Assembly (NCBI GenBank): GCA_030390025.1
Contig: CM059425.1
Coordinates: 169,882,001-169,946,000, forward strand
Length of the DNA: 64,000 nucleotides
Direction of reading: 5' to 3'
DNA from: Squalus acanthias
Lineage: Eukaryota
In this document: piece by piece, positions 36,631-49,735 of the stretch
How positions within the stretch are numbered: the first letter of the stretch is position 1
Layout: the number at the start of each line of letters is the position of its first letter
Made by a program: the position numbers and the translations under genes
Notes under the pieces: model-generated
Seen by the model: the letters and a program-made list of their open reading frames with translations, nothing else
Told to the model about the DNA's origin: nothing
The model's database searches: none

Positions 36631-37104
36631 GTGTCAGATATGGCTCAGTTGATAGCAATCTTGCCTCTGAGTCAGAAGGCTGTGGGTTCAAGTCCCACTC
36701 CAGAGATTTGAGCACAAAATCTAGGCTGACACTCCAGTGCAGTACTGAGGGAGTGTTGCACTGTCAGAGGTGGCATCTTTCAGATAAGACATTAAAGAAG
36801 GGCCCCGTCTGCCCTCTCAGGTGGACGTAAAAGATCTCTTGGCACTATTTCAAAGAAGAGCAGGGGAGTTCGCCCCGGTGACTTGGCCAATATATATACT
36901 TCAACCAACTTCGAAAAACAGATTATCTCATTATCACATTGCTGTTTGTGGGACCTTGCTGTGCGCAGATCGGCTGCCGTGTTTCCTACCTTACAATAGT
37001 GACTATACTTCCAAAGTACTTCATTGGCTGTAAAGCACATTGGGCTGTCCTAATGTCCTGAGGTCATGAAAAGCACTATATAAATGCAAGTGTTTCTTTC
37101 TTTT
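36631..37104 (+). mobile_element. Full-length tRNA-derived SINE with Deu-like domain (SacSINE1-like)
   Basis: A box TGGCTCAGTTG, B box GGTTCAAGTCC (36685-36695), central caggtggacgtaaaagatc block, and tail tataaatgcaag...tttctttctttt. Confidence 0.85.
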
Positions 37105-37417
37105 TATAGTTTTCCATTTCTTTTTACAGATGCTGACTGACCTAATGTGTATTTCCTATATTTCCTGTTTTTATTTCAGTATCATGATTTAATTAATGGA
37201 TGGAAAAGTGGGTGCGCTCCCTTACATGCAAGTCTCACCACCCAATTTTCCTCTATATGCTATGCCTAGGAAATCTACCCTAGCACACCTTTCTTTATCC
37301 TAATTTCAGGTTTTTTTTAAAGTGAGTTGAGTTGTGAAACAAACAGATTTTCTAATTATCAGCTATATTTTCTTTATAGTTCAAAAATGTAAAGAATCTA
37401 ATTTTTAAAGCTATCAG

Positions 37418-37446
37418 ACAGAGAGAGAGAGAGAGAGACAGAGACA
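37418..37446. repeat. (GA)n microsatellite
   Basis: Directly visible. Confidence 0.9.
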
Positions 37447-39237
37447 GGGATTCTCCTCTTCTTGGGTGGAGTTAGAGAAGGGCAGGACTTACCGTTGCTA
37501 AGAAAGAGCCTGCCAATGTATATAGGATAATCCCGTCTGTGGGGTGAGAGGGGCTGGCAGCAAACAATGTATGCACCACCTTCAATTCCCTTACCAAGGG
37601 GGCTGATAGTACAAATAAAAAAATAAAAAAATAATCTTGATCTTTGGGGGGTGGGGTCCAGGCCATTTCTCTGGCATGCCTCTCCGCCCAGTGAGACCCA
37701 CTTGTGTCCTTCTAGAGGCTGGAACACTCCTCTGTCTCAGTGTACTGATCACCAAACTTAGGCTGAGTACCATTAAGGCCAGGGAAATGCAAACTTTCAG
37801 CTTGCATCTAAGGCTGAATCGCCAACCCCTAACAAGGCCACTAGAAATTCCCATTTAAAGCCAGGACCTGGCATATATCTGGGTCCTGGCAGAGTTTCTG
37901 ACTGTTCTGTTGGAGTTACGATGGGAATGCTCTGGGACAGCTAAGTAAGGTCAGTCCCAATTATATATTTCTACATGCTATTGCATTGAGTTTGGCAAAC
38001 AGGAACACTTTTAGTGAAGACAATGCTCCTTTAAAATAAATGACCATTGTTTCAGAAATCATGAATTATGTAACTCTTTCAGCAAAGTGATTTGCTGACT
38101 GTGATGGCAATATGATAGTGCTGATATTTTTTGTCTCCATAAGCGTCTACACCATCTCTGCCAAATTAAATCATAAAAACATCTTAAAAACTGAATATCT
38201 ACAAATCAGATGCCATTAAATTTCATGGGGGTTCTTTTGATCATCCTTCAGAACTTTGGCAGAAGATCAGCAGAAACCCTGGAGTAACAACAGTTTACGC
38301 TGTTTCTCGAGCGTTTCTGTGAGTCTTCCAATGAAGTTATGGCGGACGATCGGGATTATCCCCATGGACATTCAACCCTAAGATCGCCACAATCAGCAGA
38401 AAATGTGAAGTTGTGACTCTATTCAAAATAAACCCCACCAGAGAAATTCAATATCACCCAGCGCGATGACCTGGGTACTGAAGGAATGACAGCCTTAGCA
38501 TTTCCCACAGAATCTCTCTGCCCTGATCTCTCAATTCAACTGGTCGGTGGAGGCCTCAGAAAACTGGATGACTACTTCACTAAGTGTGAAGGTAGCCTCT
38601 CCATAATTCAAGGCAATGTTTCTGTCCTCCCAGAGAACAATGTGACTCCTGAGAATCCACCTTGTGAAACAAAGAACTTAAATTCTGATTTATATGTTCT
38701 CATATGATCTCTAGAGGGAATAACTCAACAAATGGCTCAGCCACATTAATGACAGAGATAATCCTGGTCGTCAGTAAAGTATTCAGACTTATGGTTTGGT
38801 TTAGATAGAAGGCTAACTAAAATTCTATAGCTCTCCTTATTCATTTTTAAGAGCATTTACCTTCTCAAGAGCATGCACTTTTTTTTAACCTCGTTTCTCC
38901 CCTTGTAAATTCTCTCAGACAATGTACCTCCTGTATCTCTGAGGTTTGGACATACAGCTTGCTCCCAGCCCACTCTCAATATAACAGAAAGCATGCCAAC
39001 ATGGACTAGAGGGGAAATCAAAATGGTGTCCCTGAACTCTGTTATACTGACTGGTGCTCGAACACAAAACTCCACTGCATAGACTGGAGTGGAATTCTGA
39101 TAAGAAAAAATGAAGTCTATGTACAGGCCTCCCCAATTTATAGTTTCTTTAAGCCCTTTTGAGTAAGATAAGTCAAGAATTTCTCCGATTTGGGAATTTC
39201 AGGGACAAGCAGTGTGCTGAATGATGGCAACTTTAAG

Positions 39238-39578
39238 GGTACAGTAGCATAGTGGTTATGTTACTGGACTAGTAATCTAGAGATGTGAGTTCAATTCCCA
39301 CCATGGCAGTTAATTAAATAAATCTGGAATAACAAGTTAGTAACAATAATGGTGAGCATGGAACTATCGGATTGTCGTAAAAACCCAACTAATGTCCTTT
39401 AAGGAAGGAAACCTGCTGTCCTTACCTGGTCTGGCCTATACTCCAGACCCACAGCAATGCCCTCTGAAATGGCCTAGCAAACCACTCAGTCAAGAAGGCA
39501 GCTCACCACCACCTTCTCAAGGGCAATTAGGGATGGGCAATACATTGCCAGCAACACCCACATCCTGTGAACATAATG
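39238..39578 (+). mobile_element. tRNA-derived SINE whose 3' tail is shared with the LINE at 47097-49002
   Basis: A box TAGCATAGTGG, B box AGTTCAATTCC. 39490-39542 matches 48899-48951 at 52/53. Confidence 0.85.
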
Positions 39579-39731
39579 CATCATGGTATTGAGGTATCAT
39601 AATTCAGAGCTACAAAGGGTGGTTTGAATATTGCTCTCAGAGGACCTTGATCCTCCACTCTCATCCTTGTATGGTGTACAGAAATCAGTTCCATCAAGAT
39701 TATAACCTAGAAATTGCTGTTCAGGAATTTA

Positions 39732-40517
39732 GCGGGTGATTTTGTCAACGGGGAGCTTTTGGAGGCGGGACTCCCACTTGTCGGGTTTCAGTCCCGTCTC
39801 CAACACCTTCTGGCCAACTCACGCTATTTTCCCTTGTTAAGCCCACCCAGTGTGCTTAGCAGACCAATTAAGGGAAAGCCGGTTGCAGAGAACATCAACG
39901 TATGACGTTTCATCTGTCAAAAATTTTTGACAGATGAATTGTCATCGTTTGACAGCTCTGTGAAGCTGTCAAACACTGACATTCTCTGTAGTTTGATGAG
40001 TCCTTGTATTCAAGACCTCATCAAATTTCTTTCTTTTGCAGAAATGAGATGATTGTTGCATTGGAGAATGCAACGGCCATCTGTCATCTCCAGCGCAGAG
40101 GGGGGAGACTCTCCGTACACCCACCGACTGAAGCCTGCAGGAAGAAACAAAGGTAAGTACACTTTTACTAACACTTTGCACTTACCTCGGATACTCACCT
40201 CTACACTCTTGCACCCATCACTCACCTTCACAGCACACTTTTGCCCCCCCTCCCGACCCCCGCAGACCCACTACTCGCCTCGCTGACCTGACGGGTCTCG
40301 GAGCCTTTGGGAAGCCCGCACTTGTGAGGGCAAAAAGGGGCAGTTAATAGGCTTTAATCCCTTCCCGCCTCCAAGGAGATGGGACCTGGCGCGGAATGAC
40401 TACCCACCTCCTGGGAAGATGGCATGGAGGCGGGTTGGGCACCCGCCACAAATTCTGCCATTTTCCCGGCAGTCCCGCCTCCATACCCGCCTCCCCAGGA
40501 CTGGCAAGATCGCACCC
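39732..40517. mobile_element. Harbinger MITE (786 bp), same family as 54255-55088
   Basis: TSD TTA (39729-39731, 40518-40520), imperfect 15-bp TIRs, end-to-end similarity to 54255-55088. Confidence 0.88.
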
Positions 40518-42349
40518 TTAAGTGTGGGTTACTAAAAGTTTTATAGGAGTGGCAAAGCCTGCTTGTTGACACATGATTTTACTGTTTTGAGTCTGTTGGC
40601 TAAAATGCAGGATATATCTCCCACACAAGAAGGAGGTCAATGAAAAGAGAGAAGCATTATTCCTGTTAATCAGCTGTAACCTAATTAGGAAGCACTTAAA
40701 CAGCCAAACTACTAGTGGAAGATAAGCACAGATGTCTACTAAGCAAACCAGCTGTAGAATTGGACCTAATAGAATAGAATGAGGGAAGGCTTGGTTACTG
40801 GCCAGGTGCTGGAGGTCTTACTGCAAGGAGTCAAGGAAAGGAGGCAAGACTTTGTGGTACTGACAGACACCCCTGGTACCTGCTACACCAGACACGATGT
40901 AGCACCGGTCAGTCACCACAGTGCTGGTTGTGGCTGTCTCACATATAATACCTTCTGAATGCATATCACAAGTAGGTCTAAGGGCACCAGAATTCTGTAG
41001 GATGTCAATGAATCCCCGGAGACAGACAGTATGCTTATTCCTTCCACAAAGAAATCAGTTCAAAGAAAAAGATAGATTAAGTGTCACGTGTTTAAACAAA
41101 GCATCATACCAACCTCGAGCTTCTACACAACAGAAGAAATCAATGCACTATACCTGATTGGAACATTGTGCTGAGTATTTATTTGTCACCAGCTATAACA
41201 TAGTTAGGGAAACAATGAAAGTAATGCAGGTGATAAGGACACAGAAATAGCAGCCTAGAAATACTCCCCTGGGGGATAAAAAGGGGAAAATTCTGGTGGA
41301 GTTCTGGTAAGGTGGGGAAATAAAAATTTGGTCAGAACCCAGATTTGCTGAATTTCTGCCCCTTTTACACTATCCAGGAAATCCTGATCCAGAGGGAGCA
41401 GGCACTTCTTGTGGTCATATACTTTACGTCACAATAGCAGTTTGAGGGTCTTTCTGGGGGTGACTGTGGGCTACCTCAGGAATTCCACCAGATGTGCAGT
41501 GGGAACCATGTCTGTTGAGAGCGAGAGTAGGTTTTGTTGTGGGAACACATTGCAGCCTAAAATTCAAATGGCAAATGATCCCAGATGGATCGACTACCAT
41601 TGCCACAGGAGCCAAACATCACAGGAGCCAATAAAACATTTACCGCCCACCTCTTCGTCTTCAGTCAATGTGGCCTCTTGCTCATCATTTCGGAGTAGCA
41701 AAGCGTCATTCTGCGTTTCCGCTGCATCTGCAGGGCAGACACTCCTCTTGTGCTGCTACAGGCATGAGCATAACCCCCTATATTTAAATGACCCTGTCCC
41801 CAGGATGTGGGATGGAGTTATGGTACAAGCTTAGTGACAGGTGAATGTTCCATTCTGTCACATGCCTGGTAGTGAAAAGGTGCTAATTTCTTCCCCCATT
41901 ATTTCTAAAGTTTGGAGCTGTAAGTACTGGATAACAATAATTTCAGATTGCGAGGTGATTAACCAAGGAATTACAGTCTGCTCCTGATAATTCAAAGTTG
42001 TTTTTATCCAATAATTTTAATTGCAAAACTTAAATAACACAGCAAGGTGGGAAGTGACTACTAAAAAATTGAATTATCACAATTTGAACTGAGCAATTTT
42101 GGATTAAGAGCAGCAGACTCTATAATGATATGATTGAAATGGCACTGCGCATAAATCCTCAAATTTGCAGATAAATTCTTTGTGTTTTTTGTCTCCTGGT
42201 CTGATCACTTACTAGAATGTGCATACCATTATTTTATAACAAAATGACCTAGAAATACTATACTTAAAATTGAACTTACTCCCTCTTGAGTAATGTAAAT
42301 GACTCTTGAGTACAATAGGCAATGAGCCGTAGTTAAAATGTTGTAATAA

Positions 42350-42990
42350 GAAACGACCAACCTGCATTATATTCAAATACCCTTGAGATGCAGCTGGGTA
42401 TTTTATTACCTTTGTTGATCCAGCTTCACACCGACTGGATATTTTCAGTGAATGGGCGATACTCATACCTAAATCCTTTTCCTTTTCTACCCTTGCTAAT
42501 GGACATCCATTCAATGTGTACATATGTTTCATGTTTCCTGTTCCAGTATGCATTACCATATATTTATCCACATTAAAATCCATCTGTTCCTCCTTAGCCC
42601 TTCTGCTTAATTTGTGCAGATCTTCCTGAATGCTATCAATCTCCCTTACACTAGCCACCCTGTCACATAGCTTTTTGTCTTCAGCAGGTTTTATAATATC
42701 ACTAGAAGTACTATTCTCCATCTTGTTTTAATGCCATGAACAGCAGGGATCCAGAGGAGACTATGCCAGAACTTCTGTTTTTATTGCCCTGCTCCCATAG
42801 AGCTTTTTTTTTTAACCATTGCCTTCTGCTTTCTATTGCAAAGTTAGCTTTCAATAATGTTAGCTAGATTACCATTAATTCCATGTCCCTTAATTTTCTT
42901 GAAATCTTATTTGCAGAACTTTTTGTCAAATTCCCTATGAAAATCAATGTGAATTGTATTCATTTTCTGTCTTTTATCACCAGGGAGCTA
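42350..42990 (-). mobile_element. Old CR1 RT fragment
   Basis: IQEDLHKL...QMDFNVDKYMVMH...EKDLG remnants. Confidence 0.7.
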
Positions 42991-43377
42991 TAGCCATGCT
43001 CATTTGGACAGGTCAAATATTTCATTTCCACTTGCTGGAGCAGTACATTTGAACTACTTTATTTCCCTTTACTTGGCACCATCCATATTCCTAAACTCTT
43101 TATTGAATGAAGAATCTCTCCATTTCTTTTTTGAATACTGAGTTCACATTTGCAGCACTAGGTGGCAGTCTATTCCATGAAGTGAACAGCTTAAATTTAG
43201 CTTTTAGTTTTTACTAGTTTATATAATTGTGCACTTTGTTCCTCTCTCTATCTCACTAATTACTTTCATGATTTGCAAAAACTTGAATATTATTTCCTGT
43301 TTTCTTTACTCAATACGATCAGCCTTAGCCTCTCCTCATGGTGCCTTTATTTAAGGGCCAGTATGATTCTTCATAGA

Positions 43378-43890
43378 TTGAGCCTTTGGTTTAATGGTAT
43401 CATTCCCACCACTGAGTCAGAAGGTGAAGGCTTCAAGCCAAACTCCAGCCATCCCTGGTGAGTGGAGACTAGAATATGGTCTCTAAATACTGGGTTGGCA
43501 TCCAGCAGGGTACTTGCTTCTGGACGGTTGACCACTGGCTCAGTGGTAGTACTTCCACCTCTGAACCAGAAGACTTGGGTCTGGGCACCACTCTAAACAG
43601 CCCCGGCGAGCGGAGACTGGAACGCTAGCTCTGAAAACTGGATTGACATCCAGTGGGGGTGCTTGCAGCCGATGGATATTAGTGCCCCCACCCCCCACAA
43701 TCATAACGGCTAGGTGGGCTCTTTACCCTTGACTGCAGCCCACCTAGGAGTAGGTACTCCGAAGATAAAAACTCTGAGGAAGGCAATGGGAAACGCACTC
43801 AGCTATGCTTGTGTATCATGTGTCAAGAATCTCATGTGTGGGTCTTGTCAGGACCTGCCCTAGGGCAGAATACAACAGACGGATGGATGC
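43378..43890 (+). mobile_element. Putative dimeric tRNA-derived SINE with RTE-like 3' part
   Basis: Two diverged ~150-bp units (43378-43527, 43528-43675), each starting with an A-box-like motif. An 11-bp stem (43710-43747) and gaggaaggcaatgggaaac (43776) follow. Confidence 0.5.
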
Positions 43891-44371
43891 CCTTCTTTGA
43901 AACCCGTCTTTTAACAAAAAGACAAACCTTGGATGTGGTGCTTTATGTATTGTTTTATCATATAATTACAATAACAACTTGCATTTCTAACCTAGAAATA
44001 GCTGTCTATGCAGTAAAACTATTGAAGCCTGAACTTGGCGTGTGTTTATTGATGCAATACAGTTGGGTAATACAGTAATTAAATTACTGGTGCGATATAT
44101 TATTCCAGTCCATATGAAACAGGTGTTAATGAAGAGGAGAAAGCTGGAGCCTTCATTCAAAGGTAGATTCAAATTATTTTCTCATTTTCTCGGTGCATAG
44201 CCACTACTGAGACTGCATTCTGTGTTCCACTAGCACTGGATTTAATAAAGGAGGACCAACAAAAGCAGAAAAGGGCTGCCCATGATGTCAGCTGACATGC
44301 ACAACATACCATCAAGCTCTGCCACTCTGCTGAGGGTCTCCTGCATTAGATGTAACTACCTGGTGAGGACA

Positions 44372-44548
44372 GCGGGTTGAGGTTTAGCAGGGAGGCTGCA
44401 AACGAGCTTCAGGAAAACTGCCATTAATGTAATAGCAGTGGGGCACTGCCAGTGACTGTCAAAGTCAATTTGACCTTCAATTTTTCTGCACTTGCTTCCT
44501 TCCAGGCTAGTGCTGGGAACATCTGCAGTGTCAGCCAGTTTGGTGCTC
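44372..44548 (+). pseudogene. Harbinger transposase fragment
   Basis: ALPVTVKVNLTFNFSALASFQASAGNICSVSQ versus [31 protein letters not shown] in 2679-3962. Confidence 0.7.
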
Positions 44549-44563
44549 CTAGATAGAATCATA

Positions 44564-45150
44564 GGCCGGGATCTTACCTGAGGAGGCGGGTTGGGGGCAG
44601 GACTGCTGGTTTCCGGGTTCTAGTCCCGCCCCCAGCGACGTCTGACGAACTGACGCTATTTTCCCCTGGTTGGCCTTGTTAAGCCCGCCCTGCGGGCTTG
44701 CCGGCCAATTAAGGGAAAGCAGGTGTCAGATGACGTCAGTGCATGACGCTTCATCTGCCGGTTTTCTTAAAGGGACAGGCCCCACACTTGTTTGACAGAT
44801 GATTTGACAGCATTGAGGTGCTGTCAAACACTGACAATCACTGTCCAAAGGTGAGCCCTTGTACCCAGTCTCACCAATGACTCTCTCCTTAGGAGAAAAC
44901 AGATGGCAGCTGCATGTGAGATTGCAGAAGCCATCTGTCAATTCTCCCGATCAGATGAGGCTTCCCAGAAACATCAAATCTTGTCACCTGCAGATACATA
45001 TAAACAGAATAAAAATATTTCTCACTACATTCTCTCACCTGTCATACTTACCTGTGCACCATTGCACCCATCACACTACCTCTGCAGCTGTCATTTGCAC
45101 ACTTACACTGCAGCAGACCCACAGCTCGCCTCGCTGACTCTGGCGGGGCT
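44564..45150 (+). mobile_element. Left portion of an element related to the 39732/54255 MITE family
   Basis: Shares gctattttccc...gttaagcccgcc...ccaattaagggaaa, the tttgacagc...gctgtcaaac hairpin, and gcagacccac...ctcgcctcgctga. Confidence 0.7.
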
Positions 45151-45496
45151 GCCATTGCCTGAGCTTGATCCAGATATTTAGATTAGGCAGATCGTGACAT
45201 CAATGATTGTGCAACGCTGATTAGACGCACGATCTACCATTTTGGGCATCGCCGCTCCACTCTCGTAATCACGACCAGCTGACCAAGCATTCATCAGCAG
45301 GAAGGAGCCCCCAGCAGTGTTATTTAAAGGGATCATCAACAACTTGCTGCTGACACGCTTTTTCAGTTCTACTGGCTCCGTCTAAGTTTCTGCGACTCTT
45401 CCAGCTTTCTAAACTTGTTTAAAGTTGCTGAGGTCACAGGGAGTGTTGCGAACGCCTTTATTCTCATTTAAAGGCTCACACCACTTGCTCACAGTC

Positions 45497-46614
45497 ATGG
45501 GGGCTCTACTTGCAGTCCCCGTCATGCTTGAGTATCATAGGAAGATGTAGCGGAGGCAGCGAAGAAGAGGAGAAGGTACTTGCTGAGGGAGGAGGAAGGC
45601 CAGAGGGCTCTCAGCAGGAGGCCTTACCTACCTAGGGTCTTCCGAGAGCACTTCTCCTCCCTGCACTTAAGCGAGGAGCAGTGTATTCGGAGGCTCCACT
45701 TCACCAACGTGGTGGTCACAGAACTCTGCCACTTCCTGAAACCAGACCTGCAGCCTCAGAGCAGGACAACGACGGCACTGCCAGTGGCCCTCAAGGTCAC
45801 CGTGGCCTTCAATTTTTTCGCCACCAGATCCTTCCAACCTGCAGCAGGAGACATAGTTAATATCTCCCAGTATGCTGCCCATCACTTCATCCAGGAGGTC
45901 ACAGAGGCTCTGTACTACAGGAAAAGGGAATTCATTGTCTTTGCCAGGATAGCGGGCTTCTCCATGGTGCAGGGCACCATCGACTGCACACACGTGACTT
46001 TGTGGGCACCATTTTACAATCCTGAGATGTTCCATAACCGCAAAGGCTGCCACTCACTTAATATGCAGTTGTTGTGTGACTATGGACAGCGCATCATGAT
46101 GGTGAATGCCCGCTTTCCTGGCAGCAGTCATGATGACTTCATCCTGTGCCAGTCTGTTGTGCCAGCAATCTTCCAGCCAGCACGTCAAACCCAAGGTTGG
46201 TTGCTCGGAGACAAGGGATATCCGCTCTACACCTGGCTGATGACTCCCCTCTGCAACCCCACCACCCGCGGCCAGCAATCATATAATGACAGCCATGTTG
46301 CCACGAGGAACGTCATTGAGCAGACCATCGGGGTGCTAAAGCAACGGTTCCGCTGACTTGATCGCTCGGGAGGTGCCCTCCAGTACTCGCCGGAGCAGGT
46401 GTCCCATTTCGTGGTGGTCTGTTGCATCCTCCACAACTTGGCCATCATGAGGGCGCAGTCCTTGCCACCAGGGGTTGCGGGACCACCTCAGGAGGAGGAG
46501 GAGGAAGAGGAGGTGGAAGAGGAAGAGGAGAAGGAGGATGGGAGGAGGCAGGCAGCATATCCCCATTCCAGACGGGCTGTCCGTGAGTGCTTCAGCAGAC
46601 TCCAATTCGACTGA
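45497..46614 (+). pseudogene. Harbinger DDE transposase pseudogene
   Basis: [19 protein letters not shown] and RNVIEQTIGVLKQRFR*. TGA at 46354-46356, disrupted N-terminus and a short internal deletion. Confidence 0.92.
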
Positions 46615-47096
46615 ATTAAACCCCAGATCCCTGTTGCTCACCGCTTCACCATCGTACCATCCTCCTGTAACAGAACATCATAGCATTCTCCTGGGCACAA
46701 ATATAAAATGAGGGCCACCACAAAACACACATTCCAAAGAAAATTCATAAATTAATCAAATTCAAATCAAAATGACAATATCAGCTAATCACCCTTGCGC
46801 ATTCCCTTAGTGTCTGTCTTTCGTGTGCCTTTTCCTACTCTAGTGCGCCTACGAAGTGCTCCCCCAGTGGCTGCAGCATGGCTAGTGGAAGGCTGCTGAC
46901 TTTCAGCGGGGGAGACTACAGATGGCCTTGCAGGATGACCTTGACCAGCTCTCGACCTAGAAGGCCCGGCTGTAGACTACACCATGGGCGGCAGCAGTCT
47001 GGGCAGGCTGGCTGCTAGGCAGCAGCAAGGGAAATGGCACAGTGGCAGTGGTGGGAGTACAAATGCTGTCATCCTGAGAGAGGACAGCAGGTTCTT

Positions 47097-49002
47097 GCAA
47101 CACAGGACTACATGCATGCTAAAAAGCGGAAGCAGCGTGCTATAGACAGGGCTAAGCGATCCCACAATCAACGGATCAGATCAAAGCTCTGCAGTCCTGC
47201 CACATCCAGTCATGAATAGTGGTGGACCATTAAACAACTAATGGGAGGAGAAGGCTCCATGAATATCCCCATCCTCAATGATGGTGGAGCCCAGCATGTG
47301 AGTGCAAAAGACAAGCCAGAAGTGCCGAGTGGATGATCCATATCGGCCTACTCCCGAGGTCTCCACCATCACAGAAGCCAGTCTTCAGCCAATTCGATTC
47401 ATTCCACGTGATATCAAGAAACGGCTGAGCGCACTGGATACAGCAAAGGCTATGGGCCCCGACAACATCCCGGCTATCGTGCTGAAGACTTGTGCTCCAC
47501 AACTAGCCGTGCCTCTAGCCAAGCCGTTCCAGTACAGCTACAACACTGGCATCTATCCAACAATGTGGAAAACTGCCCAGGTATGTCCTGTCCACAAAAG
47601 CAGGACAAATCCAACCCGGCCAATTACCGCCCCATCAGTCTACTCTCAATCATCAGCAAAGTGATGGAAGGTGTCATCGACAGTGCTATCAAGCGGCACT
47701 TACTCACCAATAACCTGCTCACTGATGCCCAGTTTGGGTTCTGCCAAGACCACTCAGGCTCCCGGCCTCATTACAACCTTGGTCCAAACATTGACAAAGG
47801 AGCTGAATTCCAGAGGTGAGGTGAGAATGACTGCCCTTGACATCAAGGCAGCATTTGACCGAGTGTGGCATCAAGGAGCCCAAGTAAAACTGAAGTCAAT
47901 GGGAATCAGGGGGAAACCGCTCCACTGGCTGGAGTCATACCTAGCACAAAGGAAGATGGTTGTGGTGCTTGAAGGTCAATCATCAGAGCCCCAGGACATC
48001 GTTGCAGGAGTTCCTCAGGACAGTGTCCTAGGCCCAACCATCTTCAGCTGCTTCATCAATGACCTTCCCTCCAACATAAGGTCAAAAATGGGGATGTTCA
48101 CTGATGACGGCACAGTGTTCAGCACCATTCACAACCCCTCAGATAATGAAGCAGTCCATGCCCGCATGCAACAACACCTGGATAACGTTCAGGCTTAGGC
48201 TGATAAGTGGTAGGTAACATTCGTGCCACAGAAGTGCCAGGCAATGACTATCTCCAACAAGCGAGAGTCTAACCAACTCCCCTTGACATTCAACAGCATT
48301 ACCATTGCCAAATCCCCCGCCATCAACATTCTGGGGGTCACCATTGACCAGAAATTTAACTGGGCCAACCACATAAATACTGTGGCAACAAGAGCAGGTC
48401 AGAGGCTAGGTATTCTGTGGCGAGTGTCTCACCTCCTGACTTCCCAAAGCCTTTCCACCATCTACAAGGCACAAGTAAGGTGTGTGATGGAATACTCTCC
48501 ACTTGCCTGGATGAGTGCAGCTCCAACAACACTCAAGAAGCTCGACACCATCCAAGACAAAGCAGCCCGTTTGATTGGCACCCCATCCACCACCTTAAAC
48601 ATTCACTCCCTCCACTACCGGCGTACCTTGGCTGCAGTGTGTACCATCCACAAGATGCACTATAGCAACTCGCCAAGGCTTCTTCGGCAGCATCTCCCAA
48701 ACTCACGACCTCTTCCACCTAGAAGGACAAGGGCAGCAGGCGCATGGGAACACCACCACCTCCAAGTTCCCCTCCAAGTCACACACCATCCTGACTTAGA
48801 ATTATATCGCCAATCCTTCATCGTCGCTGGGTCAAAATCCTGGAACTCCCTACCTAACAGCACTGTGAGAGTACCTTCACCACACAGACTGCAGCGGTTC
48901 AAGAAGGCAGCTCACCACCACCTTCTCAAGGGCAACTAGGGATGGGCAATAAATGCTGGCTTTGCCAGCGACGCCCACATCCCATAAACGAATTAAAAAA
49001 AA
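47097..49002 (+). mobile_element. 5'-truncated CR1-group LINE of a second family (RT and 3' UTR)
   Basis: KAMGPDNIP, NYRPISLLS, ALDIKAAFDRVWH, AGVPQDSVLGP and MFTDD motifs over several frames; A-rich end. Confidence 0.9.
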
Positions 49003-49031
49003 GACCCACTGTCACTCCCCTGGAGCGGCAC

Positions 49032-49735
49032 CTCACCAGTCACTGAAAGCAAACATGCAGGTGCAGCAAGCAGTTAGGAAGGCAAATGGTATGTTGGCCT
49101 TCATTGCAAGAGGATTGGAGTACAGGAGCAAGGATATCTTACTACAGTTATACAGGGCCTTGGTGAGACCACACCTGGAGTACTGTGTACAGTTTTGGTC
49201 TCCTTACCTAAGAAAGGATATACTTGCCATAGAGGGAGTGCAGCGAAGGTTCACCAGACTGATTCCTGGGATGGCAGGACTGTCATATGAGGAGAGATTG
49301 GGTCGACTAGGCCTGTATTCACTAGAGTTTAGAAGAATGAGAGGGGATCTCATTGAAACGTATAAAATTCTGACAGGGCTAGACAGACTGGATGCAGGGA
49401 GGATGTTTCCCCTGGCTGGGGGGGTCTAGAATGAGGGGTCACAGTCTCAGGATACGGGGTAGGACATTTAGGACTGAGATGAGGAAAAATTTCTTCACTC
49501 AGAGGGTGGTGAACCTGTGGAATTCTCTACCACAGAAGGCTGTAGAGGCCAAGTCACTGAATATACTTAGGAAGGAGGTAGATAGATTTCTAGACACAAA
49601 AGGCATCAAGGGGTATGGGGAGAGAGTGGGAATATGGCATTGAGATAGAGGATCAGCCATGATCATATTGAATGGCGGAGCAGGCTCGAAGGGTCGAATG
49701 GCCTACTCCTGCTCCTATTTTTCTATGTTTCTATG
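49032..49735 (+). mobile_element. CR1 LINE 3' fragment
   Basis: KANGMLAFIARG...RPHLEYCVQFWSP, with a ttctatgt tail. Confidence 0.9.

Noticed and set aside
36631..36705. tRNA gene calls at SINE heads (also 22293, 39238, 43378)
   Set aside because: A and B boxes are present but there is no full cloverleaf, and each continues into a SINE body.
40790..40890. Faint Myb-exon-like remnant (QVLEVLLQGVKERR); a similar hint near 62080-62170
   Set aside because: Too short and degenerate to call without an alignment.
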